From: Psammoneis japonica
Taxonomy: Eukaryota
Length of the DNA: 64,000 nt
Direction of reading: 5' to 3'
NCBI GenBank assembly: GCA_008632985.1
Contig: QPGO01000280.1
Location: 1-64,000 of the forward strand
The translations under genes were made by a program, and so were the position numbers. Under the pieces are notes generated by a model. The model had not been told where the DNA came from and ran no database searches. It saw only the letters and a program-made list of their open reading frames with translations. This document shows positions 24,761 through 37,468 of the stretch, piece after piece. How positions within the stretch are numbered: position 1 is the stretch's first letter; each line of letters opens with the position of its first letter.

Positions 24761-24849
24761 GAATCCATGGATTCTGACGCAGTGGCGGTCCGATTGTTTC
24801 TCGGCAATTTTGATGGGGAGCTCGGTGCGTTGGCAGAGGAGTTTCGCCT

Positions 24850-26313
24850 CTAGTTTCGCCTGTTGCTTCTCTTGCCTCTTTGCTCGCCTCTGTGCTGTCC
24901 TCCGTGATTCCCTTTTCTTTTTCTGTGGCGGATCTTGGCTTCGTTCTTTTGTCTCTTGGCGGATGGTTTCCCATTCGTCTTCGAGGCTTGGGGTTGGCGT
25001 TTCCGCTTTCCTTTTCCTTTTTGCGTTTCGTTGTCTTTTGCTGCGTCGTTCTTTCGTGCCGGTGGGGCTTCCCGACCGCCCTTGTCGTTTTTTTGCCGAC
25101 GGTTTACCTTCTTGTGGAGCTTTTTGAGGCTTGCGACTTTTTTGTCAATCTTTTTGTTGATCAACTCGTCGAGGGCGGGGGATTGAACTGTCGGTTCGTT
25201 TTCAAGAGCTGTTGCGACGAGGTCAGCTGCTTGTTCCTTCTTGCGGCGTTTCCACTTTGCCTCTAGCTTGGCGTTGACCGATTTCAATCGTTCTTCTTTG
25301 TCCAGGGCGTGTTGCAATTGCATGGTGACTTGTTCATAGAACTGTTTCATTTCCTTGAACACTTCTTCTTTTGTGACTTTCTCACCTGTTGAAAGTTCGT
25401 GGTTCGCGCACTCACTTTCGAGCAGGGGGTTCAAGTTTGCCACCAGTGCGGCCTGAGTGCGCGTGGCATCCTCTTGTGTGTGCACGTCTTCGGTGCTCTC
25501 TTGAGTTGAGGGAGGGGTGCTGTCTTCGGTGCTCTCTTGAGTTGAGGGAGGGGTGCTGTCTTCGGGACTGAAGGGTCCTTCATGTCGAAGCTGGCGTTCA
25601 ACTTCCTTGATGATTTCTTTGGGAGAAGTCTCAAGGCAGTCTCTCAGGAAGCTCGATGGCAGCACGTCGCACAAGTGGGGTGTGAGCAGCACTCCACTGA
25701 GTTGACGCGTTGTCAGGTCTGCAGAGCCTTTGAACTCTTTTACATGGTCAATGTAGAATTGGAAGAGAACAAGGCCAGCTTCGACCAATTCTCGTACTCG
25801 GTTGGTTTTCACAACCTCAAGTTCACGTGAGGCCATCTTGTGTGCGAGTTTGGCTGCATCCTTTTCGAAGCATGCAACCAGGTCTTTCATCTCCTGGACG
25901 AGCTCTTGGGCAGTGGCATCATCGTTGAGCCGGTCCGCATGTGTGAGGTTCACATTGAGCCTGCAACATTTGGGGATGCATGGATTGTCATCAGTGCCGG
26001 GGAAAGCCGACAGACTTGGCTTTCTGCTCTTTACAAGCCCACACTGAGTGATCACACGAGTGGCCAGTGACTCGACAACATCCTTGAATCCTGTTAGCTG
26101 CGTCTCGATCGCTTCGTGACAAGGGGCTAGTTTGTCCAACTTACGTTGGTTAGCTGCCAAGATCTGTGGCGCTGAAGGCGCCGTTGACGGCGCCGCAGGC
26201 GCCGTCATTGTCACTGCTGCTGCGGTGGCGAATCGCACGGTGCGCGCGGCTGCGTTGTTTCGTCTGTTGCGAGCAGGTGGGGTCATCGGAGCGGACGCGC
26301 TGGCTGCAGTCAT
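24850..26313 (-). CDS. ORF1 of the Penelope-like element (coiled-coil, basic C-terminus)
   Basis: About 490-aa open frame upstream of RT, starting just past the 5' repeat. Lys/Arg-rich tail. Internal duplicated peptide EDSTPPSTQEST. Confidence 0.7.
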   Translation of the reverse strand: MTAASASAPMTPPARNRRNNAAARTVRFATAAAVTMTAPAAPSTAPSAPQILAANQRKLDKLAPCHEAIETQLTGFKDVVESLATRVITQCGLVKSRKPSLSAFPGTDDNPCIPKCCRLNVNLTHADRLNDDATAQELVQEMKDLVACFEKDAAKLAHKMASRELEVVKTNRVRELVEAGLVLFQFYIDHVKEFKGSADLTTRQLSGVLLTPHLCDVLPSSFLRDCLETSPKEIIKEVERQLRHEGPFSPEDSTPPSTQESTEDSTPPSTQESTEDVHTQEDATRTQAALVANLNPLLESECANHELSTGEKVTKEEVFKEMKQFYEQVTMQLQHALDKEERLKSVNAKLEAKWKRRKKEQAADLVATALENEPTVQSPALDELINKKIDKKVASLKKLHKKVNRRQKNDKGGREAPPARKNDAAKDNETQKGKGKRKRQPQASKTNGKPSAKRQKNEAKIRHRKRKGNHGGQHRGEQRGKRSNRRN

Positions 26314-26394
26314 TGTTGGAAGTCCACACACACTGTTTTCGGGGTTGTCCAATGTGCTGACAGCCTTTGGCGTAACAGCAATCCATCAAGAGTT

Positions 26395-26454
26395 GCCTGA
26401 CATGCAAAGCTCGATGATGTGAGCTTTCGCTTTCGCTTCATCAGTGTTGTCGGC
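26395..26454 (-). ncRNA. Type I hammerhead ribozyme, second copy
   Basis: Minus strand reads GCCGACAACA-CUGAUGA-AGCGAAAGC-GAAA-GCUC-ACAUCAUC-GAGC-UU-UGCAUGUCAGGC, with a perfect stem III. Confidence 0.82.
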
Positions 26455-26788
26455 TGTTTTTCGAGCTGAAAAATTCGAAATCGGCATTTTTCTACGGCTG
26501 TCGTCGCAGCTGACGTTACAGGCGTTGAAAAAGCCGCATCAGAAAGATCCACCCGTGCGCGGTGCGCATGGTGAGTTAATCGTGTGGATCATAGATCTCG
26601 AATGCGCGCGAAGTGCGCATGAGAATGAGCGAGGCATCATCAACTCAAAAAAACTCCAACGGTGTTGGAGAAAGAGCGAGTTGATGTTGCTGCTGTCAGA
26701 TGTAGAAGCATGCTCTACTGCAGCAAGCACGCAAGTGAACAAACTCAAAATGCAAAACAAAAAAACTCAAAACGGGCGCAAGCCGCAG

Positions 26789-27364
26789 CACCTGCAACCA
26801 AGGGATTGGCGCTGTGACGTTTGAGTGGAGCAGCTTGCACACTCGTTGCCAAGTTCATCCTGTGTCACCCAACTTCATGTCGGAAAAGTGGGAGGATTGT
26901 GTTGGTGAAGATGGTGAAAGTGCACACCTGACTTGCAAGACAGAGTTTTGCAATGCAAGCGGGAGGGATGCGTGCCGTGCGCACCCCAATTGCAAAAGCG
27001 AAGGACCATGGCATGACTTTGCCTGTGCGACCTTTGGCACACGAAAGGGCAATCAACAGTTTCCCTCCTGTTTGCTGTGTTTCTTCAAACAGGAAGACAC
27101 AGGATCGATTTTTGCAGTGGTCCATCCAACTGCTCATCAAGCTGACCAGAGAACTGCGAGGCAACGGTGTCAGCATGCAGACTTGGTCAGTCGCTGGCAG
27201 CTTGATCACAAACGAAACAACTGGCTTTCAACACCTGAGAAGACTCAGTGCTCACCTGAGTTACGTGTTGTCCCTGTCAAAGCAATTGGGGACAATGTTT
27301 TGGTTTATGAAGAATTTCCAGGAGCAGCAGAAGCATGAGAAAAGGCCCCATTTGTTTGGGCCAC
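26789..27364 (+). repeat. 576-bp direct duplication, right copy
   Basis: Near-identical to 21734-22309. It is followed by the continuation of the transposase C-terminus. Confidence 0.92.
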
Positions 27365-27657
27365 ACAGGACAGAAGGAAGTGTTGGTCAGATTTGTTTCT
27401 AAAATGGGATGCACACATCAATCTGTCATTCACTCACAGTGATTTCCCAACTCTTTCTTGCAAACATGATGAATTTGATCCTTTCAGAATTGGCAAAGTC
27501 ATTGTGGTGCATGTGAAGCAGTGCGGCACGAGCACCTTCCGTTGCTTTTGTTCTGATGTCTTCTTCTGAAACTCCAAGACAAGCTTCTTCCTGATCGGAA
27601 GGCTTTCCCAACCACCGACATGACAGGAAACTCTCGATGTGTCAGATGTGTGCAGTT

Positions 27658-28623
27658 TTAGAGCAATTGCTTCCTCATGGATTCCATGCAGTGTCCACTT
27701 GCACGGTCCATTTGGTCATCCTGCGCCATGAAATGTTCCCTGGCAGCCACAATCGCCTGCTGAAAGTCGGAGCTGTGGTCAGGCTGGTTGACAGCCACCA
27801 ATTGTGCCTCGATTTGCAATGCCAACTGCAGGACCCTTTCTCTTGCCACGGCTTCTTCGTCCATGGCCCGGATCGTGGTCCACATCCCTCCACGCATTTG
27901 ATCTGTGCCCAGCCTCAGATCATGCAAAGCTTGCCACTGTCGCTGCAAGGCAACGTCTTTCCTTCTCAAATCGTCAAGGGCCTTGTGGAGCAACGTGATT
28001 GTGTCCTTCAGGACGCACAGGGGCTGTGTTAGATGTCGCCTTCGAAGGAGTGGCACGGCACGGCAGTGGATGGATTTGTCAATGCTGTTAATCACAGATT
28101 GCTCCCTCTCTGCTCTTGTGGCGTCTGTGTCAGAATTTGCCCTGAGGCTTCTCAGAAGCAACGTCGAGTCACAGCTGTGCAGCATGTGCAGCCTTGATTC
28201 TGATTTTTGATGTCCCGCAACAGAGATTGGGAGCCCCAGTTCTTTTGCATCAAATGCGTTGCCATGAAGAAAGCGTTGGAAACTCATTTCCGCTTCACTG
28301 CAATTTTCCACTGCAACAATGTGGTCGTTGACTGAACAGTGTGTCTTGATCGATGACTTAATGCACTGCACATGGATGTGCTTAAATTCGTGAGTGGTTG
28401 TTGCTTGATTTAACAAAGCAATCTCAAGTGCGGTCGTTGCAGCCACAATGGCACGACGGGCTTCTGCCATTGCTGCTGCCAATCTTGACACAGCAGCCTT
28501 TGCATCCTTTGCTGTCTGTTCCTTTGAACAACAAGCAGTGTCAGCGTGAACAAAGCCATCAACTGTCTCCATCATCCGGCAATGGAAATCCTCATCAGCG
28601 GACAGACGGAGTTCATCTGACAT
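27658..28623 (-). pseudogene. Degenerate helical protein ORF of unknown function (321 aa)
   Basis: Long Ala/Leu/Arg-rich ORF with no Tyr. No motif recognised. Confidence 0.3.
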
Positions 28624-30477
28624 GGTTTTTTTCTAATGCTCTGATTGTTGTGGTCGTGGGTCCGCCATTGCATTCACCAGATTGGTCGTGCATCAGTCAC
28701 AAAATTGTGGTTTCTGTGGAAATGTGCCAGAGTGGTGCGCGGGAGAAGTTGCATGCGCGCCTGGCAGGATTTGGAGTTTTAAACACAAAAACCTGCCAGA
28801 CACGTGTGCAACTTCTCCCAGGGAAATCCTGCGTGAGATTGTGCCAGGAAAGGGCAGTGCGGAGTGTGGAATTGATGGAAGAAAACATTGTGCAAACATG
28901 CATCAGGAGAAAGGGTGCATGTGCTGGAAAACAACATGGATTTCTACACACGCATTAAGGTGTGTGAAGAACATGTGGGTGCCTTCAAGTGACGCATGCG
29001 AACAATCACAAAGAAACATTCAGAAATGGACACAGCACAGAGAGAAGTCAGAAACATGGATCCAAAACAAAGTGACACACAATGAAGGCAATGGCAATGG
29101 GATCGATGAAAAAGAAGGATTCGGATGGAAAGACGCCAGAGATGGTGAAAACAGGCGGCGCCAAGAGGAAGAAGGGAGAGAAAAACAGGACGGGCAAAAT
29201 GAAGAAAGAGAAAAAGAAGCAGACGATGCGATGTCAAGAGGGGAGCAGCGATGCGATTCTGTGTTTCAAGGGACCTCTTCCTCTCGATGATGTTCACCCA
29301 AATGCAAGAAATGCAGTTTGGCTTTTTTGGAATGGTGATGAGGAAACATCCAACGCGGCAGTGGCACATTTGAAATTCTTGCAAGAGAGCGGACAAGACA
29401 TGTGGAATGAAGAGGACGATGCGGACAAACAGGCTGATTGGAGCACAGTTGTTGATCAAATGATCAGTGCACACTTCACATGATGAAAATTTCATTGCGT
29501 GCAATTGCAATGTTTGGCTTGTCGTCAAAGATTGTCAGTTGTTGTGAAAAAGGCAGAGCACAAAAATTAAAAAGCATCTGTGTTCAAACATGAAGAATGG
29601 CAGGAGATTAACAACCAACCAAACAACAAAAACCGTCATGTGCAGACAAGTAAATTTTGTGACATGGCAATGCAATTTTGTCATGCGCGCAGATGTTACG
29701 ATGTTGTGCACTCTGATGATGTGATTGCAACAGAGGGAGCGCACGTTCCTGCAACAGGAACAACTCACAACAACCACATCTCAGTGACAACAACACGCTT
29801 CAGTGGCCATTGAAAGTGGACTGGATAATTTGGGTGACAGAGAGAGCAGTTGGAGAGACACGGCATCGGGGAAGTGGAGAGAATGACCCATTGAGACAGG
29901 GACAAATTAACAAGAGACAATGAGCAATGTGGATTTGCACAAACAAACAGGAGGTTTGACATGACTCAACAAACCAAATGAAACTGATGTTGCACCAGGA
30001 AGCAGGAGCAATGCATGCGTTGACATGAGAAGATAAAATGTGTCATTTGACATTGACCCAAATGACACTGCAATCTTCACTGGTGTGTTGGATTGGCCAG
30101 CAAAGGCACACAATTCAAAACAGCGGAAGGTTGATAGAAATTCAAACATGGGGTTGGGAATGAGCACTCAAAAATGATGCAAAGACCTGTTTGAATCAAG
30201 AGAGGACACGCGAGCAACGACAAACCAGAGAAAATCACATGCAAAGTGCATTCATTTTGCAACTTGCCTGTTCATAAAGCGACAGGGAAGGATGGAAGTT
30301 CCAAATGAGAGGAAGCCATTGAGAAGGTAAAAAAGATGGAAGATGCAGTTCTCACAGGAGCAACGGAGGGAGGAAGTGCAACTTCCAGTGGCAAGTGAGG
30401 TTGAGAAAGGACACGACAAAGAGTTGCTGATGAACTGACAGAACTGGATTTGTCTGTGTGGTGCACATGAAGTCACC

Positions 30478-31689
30478 ATGAGTCCTGCGGTGGTGGCCTT
30501 GTTGCACACACAAAGAAGCGAACATGGGGAATTAAACAGATTCCAGTGCGCGGGCAGGGATTCAAGTTTGGTGGTGACTCCCACAGAGGGGTGTCTTGTG
30601 TTGGATCATGCACCAGCAGTGGGCAAGAAGTTGACAGCATTGATGTTGACAAAGGCAATCAATGAGAGTGTTTGGCCATGTTGCAAGTTCACAATCTTTG
30701 ATCAAGAACTTGCCGCAGGAGGAGATCACATGAAATTGGTTTTGCAGGAGTTGAGGAGCATGGCATCTTCACCGGAGGTGTTCTGGGAAGAATGCAAAGA
30801 GGTGTTCAGGACCAAACTCAACCAAAAGAGGAGCAATGTGCAGGACAACATTGGGAGGAGAATGACAGGCAAGCAGATGTGTGCGTGCCGTTGATTGTGT
30901 TGGAGGTGATTGTCTGATGGGATGAGTGTCACTTCCTTTGCTTTTGTCTGTGCAGCTGCTGCTTTAGAGGGATCGCTGGTGGATTGCAAAGATTTGACAA
31001 AGGGAAGAAATGACAAGGACACATGCGTGTGGTTCTTGGAAACTGTGGTGCCAATGGTGGTGGGACAAGGGCAGTTTGGTGGAAGCACAGCCGACATGCT
31101 TCAGGAGTGGCTTTCCATTTTGTCGGAGGCGTTTGCTCTGCCAGCGCACTTGAACTGCTGTGACAAGGTGAAGGACAGGGCAGAGAAATTGGAAAAGGAA
31201 GAAAATGTTGCAAGGAGAAGAAAGCTGACTGTGAAAGATGCTGCTCCTGCAAAGTGCACAGCACAGGCAGCAGGGGAATCGGCAAAGAGGAGCCAAGGAT
31301 GGAGCAAGGAGGGGATCAAGAAGCACAATGATCCATGTCAGTGGGTGGTGAAAGACAGAGAGAACAACCAGGGATTTGGTGCATGGCTCAAGGAGAGAAG
31401 GCGAGAGAAGATGAACTTGTCTAAGGAGGAAAACAAGAAATGCAAAAGAGAGGAAAAGAGAAAGGAGAGAGAGGAAGGATGGGCGGCGCCGATGGGAGAG
31501 GACCCACCATTGCAGGCGGTGGCTGCAGACAATGGAGCGGCAGCAAATGCCACAATGGCCACCAACCAAACTGGTGTGCAAATGCAATTTGAAACAAACA
31601 ACAAAATCCAGAAAAGCAAAAATAAAAAAAAACATTCTGCAATGCGGTTTAGATGCAAGAACGTGTGGCAACTGGGAATTTGGATTTGA
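30478..31689 (+). pseudogene. Second homolog of the transposon accessory protein, with a probable 99-nt intron at 30869-30967
   Basis: VWPCCKF..FWEE..KRSN; WFLETVVP; SEAFAL..LN; GWSKEGIKKHND..VVKDR. Both ORFs share a frame and are separated by gcaag...ttag. Confidence 0.55.
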
Positions 31690-32169
31690 AAACAACACAG
31701 CAAAGAGACAAAATGTAGGATGCATTGGTGGACAAGGAGGGTGGATTACAAGTGGCAACATTTGTGTTAAAAGAACAAGAAACCACAAATGTTTGTTGGG
31801 GTGCAGGTCAGCATTGTGTGAAAAGAATGATCGTGCTTAAAAGTGGGACAAAATTTGGGTTTTAGAAGCTTGTAAACTTGCGTGGTTCTCACATTGCATT
31901 TAAGGAGAGAACTGGCTCACAAGTTGACAACAATCTGGCATTGAAGTCAACAAATGCCCAGATTGTGGCAGACAGTCAGACCCAGATTGTTGGCATCCCA
32001 GATGGTGTAATTGACAAGGGATGGAAGTGTCCAAGTCACAGCATGTCACTCAATCTTTTTGTGTTTCGTGTGATTGTGATGAGTGCATTTGTTTTGATGT
32101 TGATGAAAGTGTGGGGAACCTGATGGAATCCCATGCTGTGAATGAAGAAGAAATGGGCAGCACTTTGGA

Positions 32170-32904
32170 GTGCACTGCACCAATCCCAAAAATCACAACT
32201 CCCAAACCATTGAATGTGGTGCCTGCGACGTTGATGGCATCGCGCACAATTCAAAATCAAGAGAGCGAGCAAGTGTTGCATGCATTGTCAACTCAGGAGG
32301 TGCTGACACCTTTGTGCATTCTCGAGTTTTGCCAAAGGGAGCCAATCCGACCATGAATGATGAGGGACAGCCAAGTTTTCAAACAGCAGCTGGACAACAT
32401 GAGTCCTCCTGACATGCAATCATGAAGGACTTGGTGCTTCCCAAGTTTGACAAGTCCAAACAAGTTGATGGAATCGCAGCTCAAGCATTTGACTCACCGT
32501 GCAAGCACGACATGACATTGGGTCAAGATTTCCTTGCTGAGGCTGGCACAGTGTTGGGTTTCTGATTTGGAGTGATGAAATGGTTGGATGCTACGATCCC
32601 AATGAAGCAGCCCAGCCATTGGAGCCAGGTTCAGAATTGGTTGGATGCATTGGATGACCACAAGGAGGATGAAGACAGCAAAGATCTCCTGGGCCAGTCC
32701 TGCATGTCAGATGCCCAATGTGAAAAAGCATCGACTGCCAAAGCAGCGCAATTGCAGACTCATTTGATGCAAGAACAATGTGACAAGCTTCAAACCGTGC
32801 TTGAAAAGCACAAGACCCTCTTTGATGGAACACTCAGCAAATGCATGCACGAGACCGTGCATTTGGAAGTTGATGCCAACGTCATTCCCTTTGGTTCCAA
32901 AGCT
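32170..32904 (+). pseudogene. pol: Gypsy pol, part 1 (aspartic protease and linker)
   Basis: NSGGADTFVHSRVLPKG..FQTAAG..LPKFDK..CKHDMTLGQDFL..W....IPMK..LFDGTL..VHLEV..GSKAC. Confidence 0.75.
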
Positions 32905-34072
32905 TGTGTCAAGCGACCACACGGCTCTTGCCAATGTGACACGACACTGAACGTGTTTGGCGGAACGGCGTGGGCATGCATGAAGGAACACACAGAACTT
33001 GTGCAGAGTTTTTGCACGTTCGACAGTGATCAACATTGCTGCAGACAACTCCCACTCAGGGTTGAACAAATGCTGATGTGCTGTCACGAATGTAGGCAAT
33101 TTATGTGCTGTTGGCGATTGGTCCACTGTTGCTTGTTCAGTGGCCCTGGCAGCACAACATCTCATGATTCCAGAACCTGTTGATGCTGTTCAACACTCTG
33201 TCTTGTCTTGCACCCAATTCTCAGCTGTCATGGTGGCATTTGTCCACTTTGTCAGAGCCAATGCGCTGTGATGTTCATTGCCTGGAACGGGCATCGCGAA
33301 CGGTGTGACGGTGTCGTTGTGATTGATCGATTTTTGCGGCAAGTGCCACGTTGGTCCCATGGTTGCTCGCGCAATTGCTGAGTCCAAAAAAATGAACGCC
33401 ATGCTCTTGGAGACCAGAGCTGTGATCTGTTGGACATGACGTTAGAGTGTGGAATGTTTGATCACATGGATGGAATGTGTTGGCCAAGGCATGTAAACAT
33501 TCGTGATGAAGATGACATGATGATCCATGCACTGAGGTCTGTCATTTGATCACACACATTTCATTGATCAAAATGCATTGTCAAACTGCTTGGACAATGT
33601 GCGTGTGGATGCATGTCTGTTGGACATCATTGCTTGGGAGTGACACCGCCTGCTCGCAGGTTCGCTGAGTGGAAGCCGCCAAATCGGCATGAGAACCACA
33701 CATTTTTCTCACTTTCCTCCACTCACACAAGTGGATGCTCGCGCGTTGAAATGTGAACAACTGCTGATGCACCATGGCTGCTGTCGCAGCCTTTGCCACT
33801 TGTCTTGCGCACACCTGCGTGGCCCGTCAAGGCTTTGCTGCCATCAAGGACTTGGAACAGGTCCCTTTGACAGAGATTGCTGACATGACTGAGGGTGTTG
33901 TGAAGAGTGTGGATGCCACCGCTGACCCCCAAGTCCACTTCCCACATCTGGCAAATTGCAAACTCAAGGCACTGCGTGCATGGATTTGGGGGACGTCTCC
34001 AGCCAGCTGCTGGCTGAAAAAATTCTGTCCGTCAGTGCACCAGGGGTGCAATGTTTTTGACATTTTGAAATT

Positions 34073-37000
34073 TTGTCAAATTTTGATCCTGCACCAAGAG
34101 CGATGAGCGGCACATGTTTCACCATGAGGGAAGCTCCAGCACATTGCCAACAATGTGCAGCAGATGTTGCTGGCAAGTGTAAGATGCTAAGAGTTGAGCT
34201 CAATCCTTGTGGCCATCTTTTGTGTCTTGGCTGTCTGTCAGAACTGGAAGCGGCTCGAGGAAAGAACTTGCTTCAGCGCATGGTTTGCGACCATGCCGTT
34301 GCCAGCCATCAAATTTGGAGAGCACCAACAATGAAAAGTTGAACAAGGACAGGGCAGAAGAGAGCAAGGAATGTTGATGGAGATGAGCTTGAGGCACAAG
34401 AGATTTCACGAAGCATTGTTGAGCCTCACAAGGTTGTCAACGCATTCCGTCTGTGGCTGGTGAATTTGAGAAAGATGGATGAATCAGATCAAAGAGACTG
34501 GATGGGACATGGATTGTTGGCGAACATGATGTGCAAGATGTCATTTTCTGAGAATCACCAGCTTGAACTGCAGAAGCTCCAGTGCACTCTGTCTGCCAAC
34601 GCTGAGTTCCTTCCCTTGGCGACTGATGAACAAAACTGTGTTGACACCAATGTTTGGCTCCATTCGGCTGTGATGCCATTGTCGCATGCTTTGTCAGAAG
34701 GCAACGAAGGAAGAGGGGCATTCAGACATGCAGACTCCCAACAATTTGCTTCGGCATGTGGCAAATGTTGATTCGCGGATGCTCGGGAAGGGTTTTTTTG
34801 CAATGAGCACTGGCCGTGCACCACATCAAAATGTCAACCTGAAAGATGCCGGGCACCAGTCCCAGGTTTTTGCTGCGGCCATCTGCCAAGATCTGACAGT
34901 CCGCGCAGCAGATCCAAAGAAGGACATTGGTCATGCTGCAAACATTCTGTCATTTCAAGTCCAAACAAGCCAACAAACACAGCTTTGTGAGCTCTCAGTG
35001 AGGATGAGACTTGTCAAGTCTCGCAGTGCGCTTTCACGTGATCTTTGTAGAAGGGCAGCAGAGGCAATGGCTCAGCGTGTTGATCTTGGAACTCACAAGC
35101 CTCCCATTTGTTCTGGGGACAATGTCAACATGAAGGACGGTCAGGGTGGTGCTGCTGAAAAGACAGTGATGCCATTGCAGGCGCCTCCGATTGGTGAACC
35201 ACCCTGCAATCAGGATCCTCCGCTTGATCGAAATCGCACCAATTGGAACGAATGGATGAAGGAAAGCACTGCTGACAAAGTCCTGGCAGCATTCTTGCCA
35301 AGCAAAAAAGACACACATGAAATTGGGGAAGTGGCATTGTCTGACTTCACTGCTGTTTTGCATGACCTTGACGCGATGCCGTGGGGGGTCAAGGAGTGCA
35401 ACGAATTGTGCTCTCCTCCACATTCGTTTGTCACCACCAAGAAGATCCCACATCTTTGGCATGTTGGTGACAAGCTAGATGTTCAACGACTTTGTTCCAG
35501 TTGGCAGGATCATGAGAAAAGGATTGTTGAGAGGACGGTTGAAATTGACACCACATGGAACAAAAACCACATTCATCCTTGTCCAATTCAGAGTGTGATG
35601 TTTGGGACACAGGGGACTGTGCATGGCATCGTGGACCCATTGAATCTCCAAGCTGATCATCAGATGGCAGCATGCGAGAGTGCACTCTCGCAAGGCCTTG
35701 ATGTGCCTGCACTTGAAAGGCCAATGTCCGCCAATTCTGCATTCTTTTCGGCAGACGGCGCGATGGCATCAAATGCTGTCCAAAAGTGCAGCAAGTCAGT
35801 TGTTGTTCCCGGTCCTTTCCATTGGAAGAACGACACTTTTAAAAAAGCCAATCATTCAAATGAAGATTGGGTCGCACATGTTGGAGACCAGTTTGCTGGA
35901 AAGGAAGGGGAGAGTGCCTCAGATAAAAATTTGTCATTTCTCATTGACTTCTCTGACCCAACTGTCCCCAAAACATGGATTGAAGCAGCAATGGCAGCAA
36001 TTCTGGCTGCAGTCCATTGGAGCATGAAGGCATCAGGAAGGCAGCAAGCGTCACCAGTTGATGCTTGTGACTGGATGTTCGAGCGAGCAATGGAAAGCCC
36101 TCAAACAATGAACCTCGTTCAAATGTGTTTTGATTGTCTTGTCACAAGGCACTTCAAATGTGCGTTCAGAAACAATCTGTGGGATCGATGCTTGAGTGCA
36201 ATTCGATTGAGTGTGCCATTGCAGGCCGTGACGCATGGAACTCTGTGCTCCAGGATGGCCGGAGATCTCTTGCGAGATGCCACAGTGTGTTGGTCCCAGA
36301 TGGAGAAGGCGGTTGTAAAGGATCTCTTGTTTGCATTGAAGAGTGAACAAGATGAGCACATTGAATGTGACATCGTGCAAGAGAAGCATGTCTGGGTCAT
36401 TCGTGAGAGAATCAGCAATGAATTGAAAAGGGGACATCAACCCAAAATCAAGGAAGCCACCCAAGCCGCGGTCTTGCAGGCGAACAAGAGGCACACAAAG
36501 CATGCAATCAAGAGCCTTGGTCTCGATGAAGAGGAACCATTGGAAACAAAAAAGTCATTGTCGGACTGGACGCAGAACAAACAGGCAACAAAGGCTCACG
36601 CGCAAACATTTCGATTGTTGACAAAGGGAAAGTTCTTCTTGCCAGGTCTGTCAGAGAATGAAGAAAATGACAAGTCTCTCATTTCGGTGAGAGACAGAGA
36701 GCCGTTGGATGCAAGGCAACTCGATGCACGAAAGATTGGAGCCGAGCGGTGGACAAGGTGCGTTGCTAAATTCCTTGTCGAGAGTCAGCATGAGGTCCTC
36801 CGAAAAGAAAAGGACATTGGAATGGAAAGGATTCCAGCTGCTGGCCAGAAAATCGCCGACAAAATTGAGCAACGCCGGATCAGGCGAGTGTCAACTAACA
36901 TTGAAGAGTTGAAGAAGAGTGGGACCAAAGAAGAGATTTGTGGAGAATTCTCTGTTTTAGAGCCACATCCAAGTCGCGGTCAAAAGCAAAAGGCTCAAGC

Positions 37001-37334
37001 AGTCATGGACTTGACACCTGAAAAACTGAACGGAACAACCAAGACGTTCTTGGTCAGTCATCTTGTTCAGTTGAGAAAGACCCTTTTTTGTCGTTGGCCA
37101 GAACTTGTTCCAACTTTGAGCAATGGCATCAGGGACGAAGTAGGAGATTCTACCACATCACGAGAGAGGAGACAGGAAACGCTAGGTGATGAGTTTCACG
37201 CACAGAGGGAGTGCCCAGCGCACATGGATCAGTTCTATCTTGACAGAAAAGGTTTGTTGCAGTCGCAGCTGAGACAATCTGTGGCATTTGTTTGCATTGT
37301 GCACATCAGGTACAATCTGTTCTACTTGTTTTGA
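34073..37334 (+). pseudogene. Academ/DUF6589-like DDE transposase with an N-terminal RING-like finger
   Basis: CQQC..PCGHLLCLGC; SGDNVN; SADG; VPGPFH; AFRNN; ECDIVQE. Confidence 0.6.
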
Positions 37335-37468
37335 AGCCTTGCTCAATCTCAATAGAGTTGCAAAGAGAGCAGAAGATGACAGCAGGCTCAAGTTGAAGTT
37401 CTTTGGCTGAATCTTGACACAGTGTCAGCGGCATCTGGTGTGCTCGTACGAGCTGAGCATTGGATCAC

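Larger units (their letters stand above)
22307..26784 (-). mobile_element. Penelope-like retroelement lacking a GIY-YIG endonuclease, with ~454-bp direct terminal repeats (pLTR-like), ORF1 and RT
   Basis: Direct repeats at 22307-22760 and 26331-26784, PLE-type RT motifs, and a hammerhead in each repeat. Confidence 0.88.

Noticed and set aside
21734..27364. Diversity-generating retroelement (RT plus paired repeats differing at adenines)
   Set aside because: The RT is Penelope-type. Differences are transitions on both strands and in both copies, not A-to-N changes in a single variable repeat.
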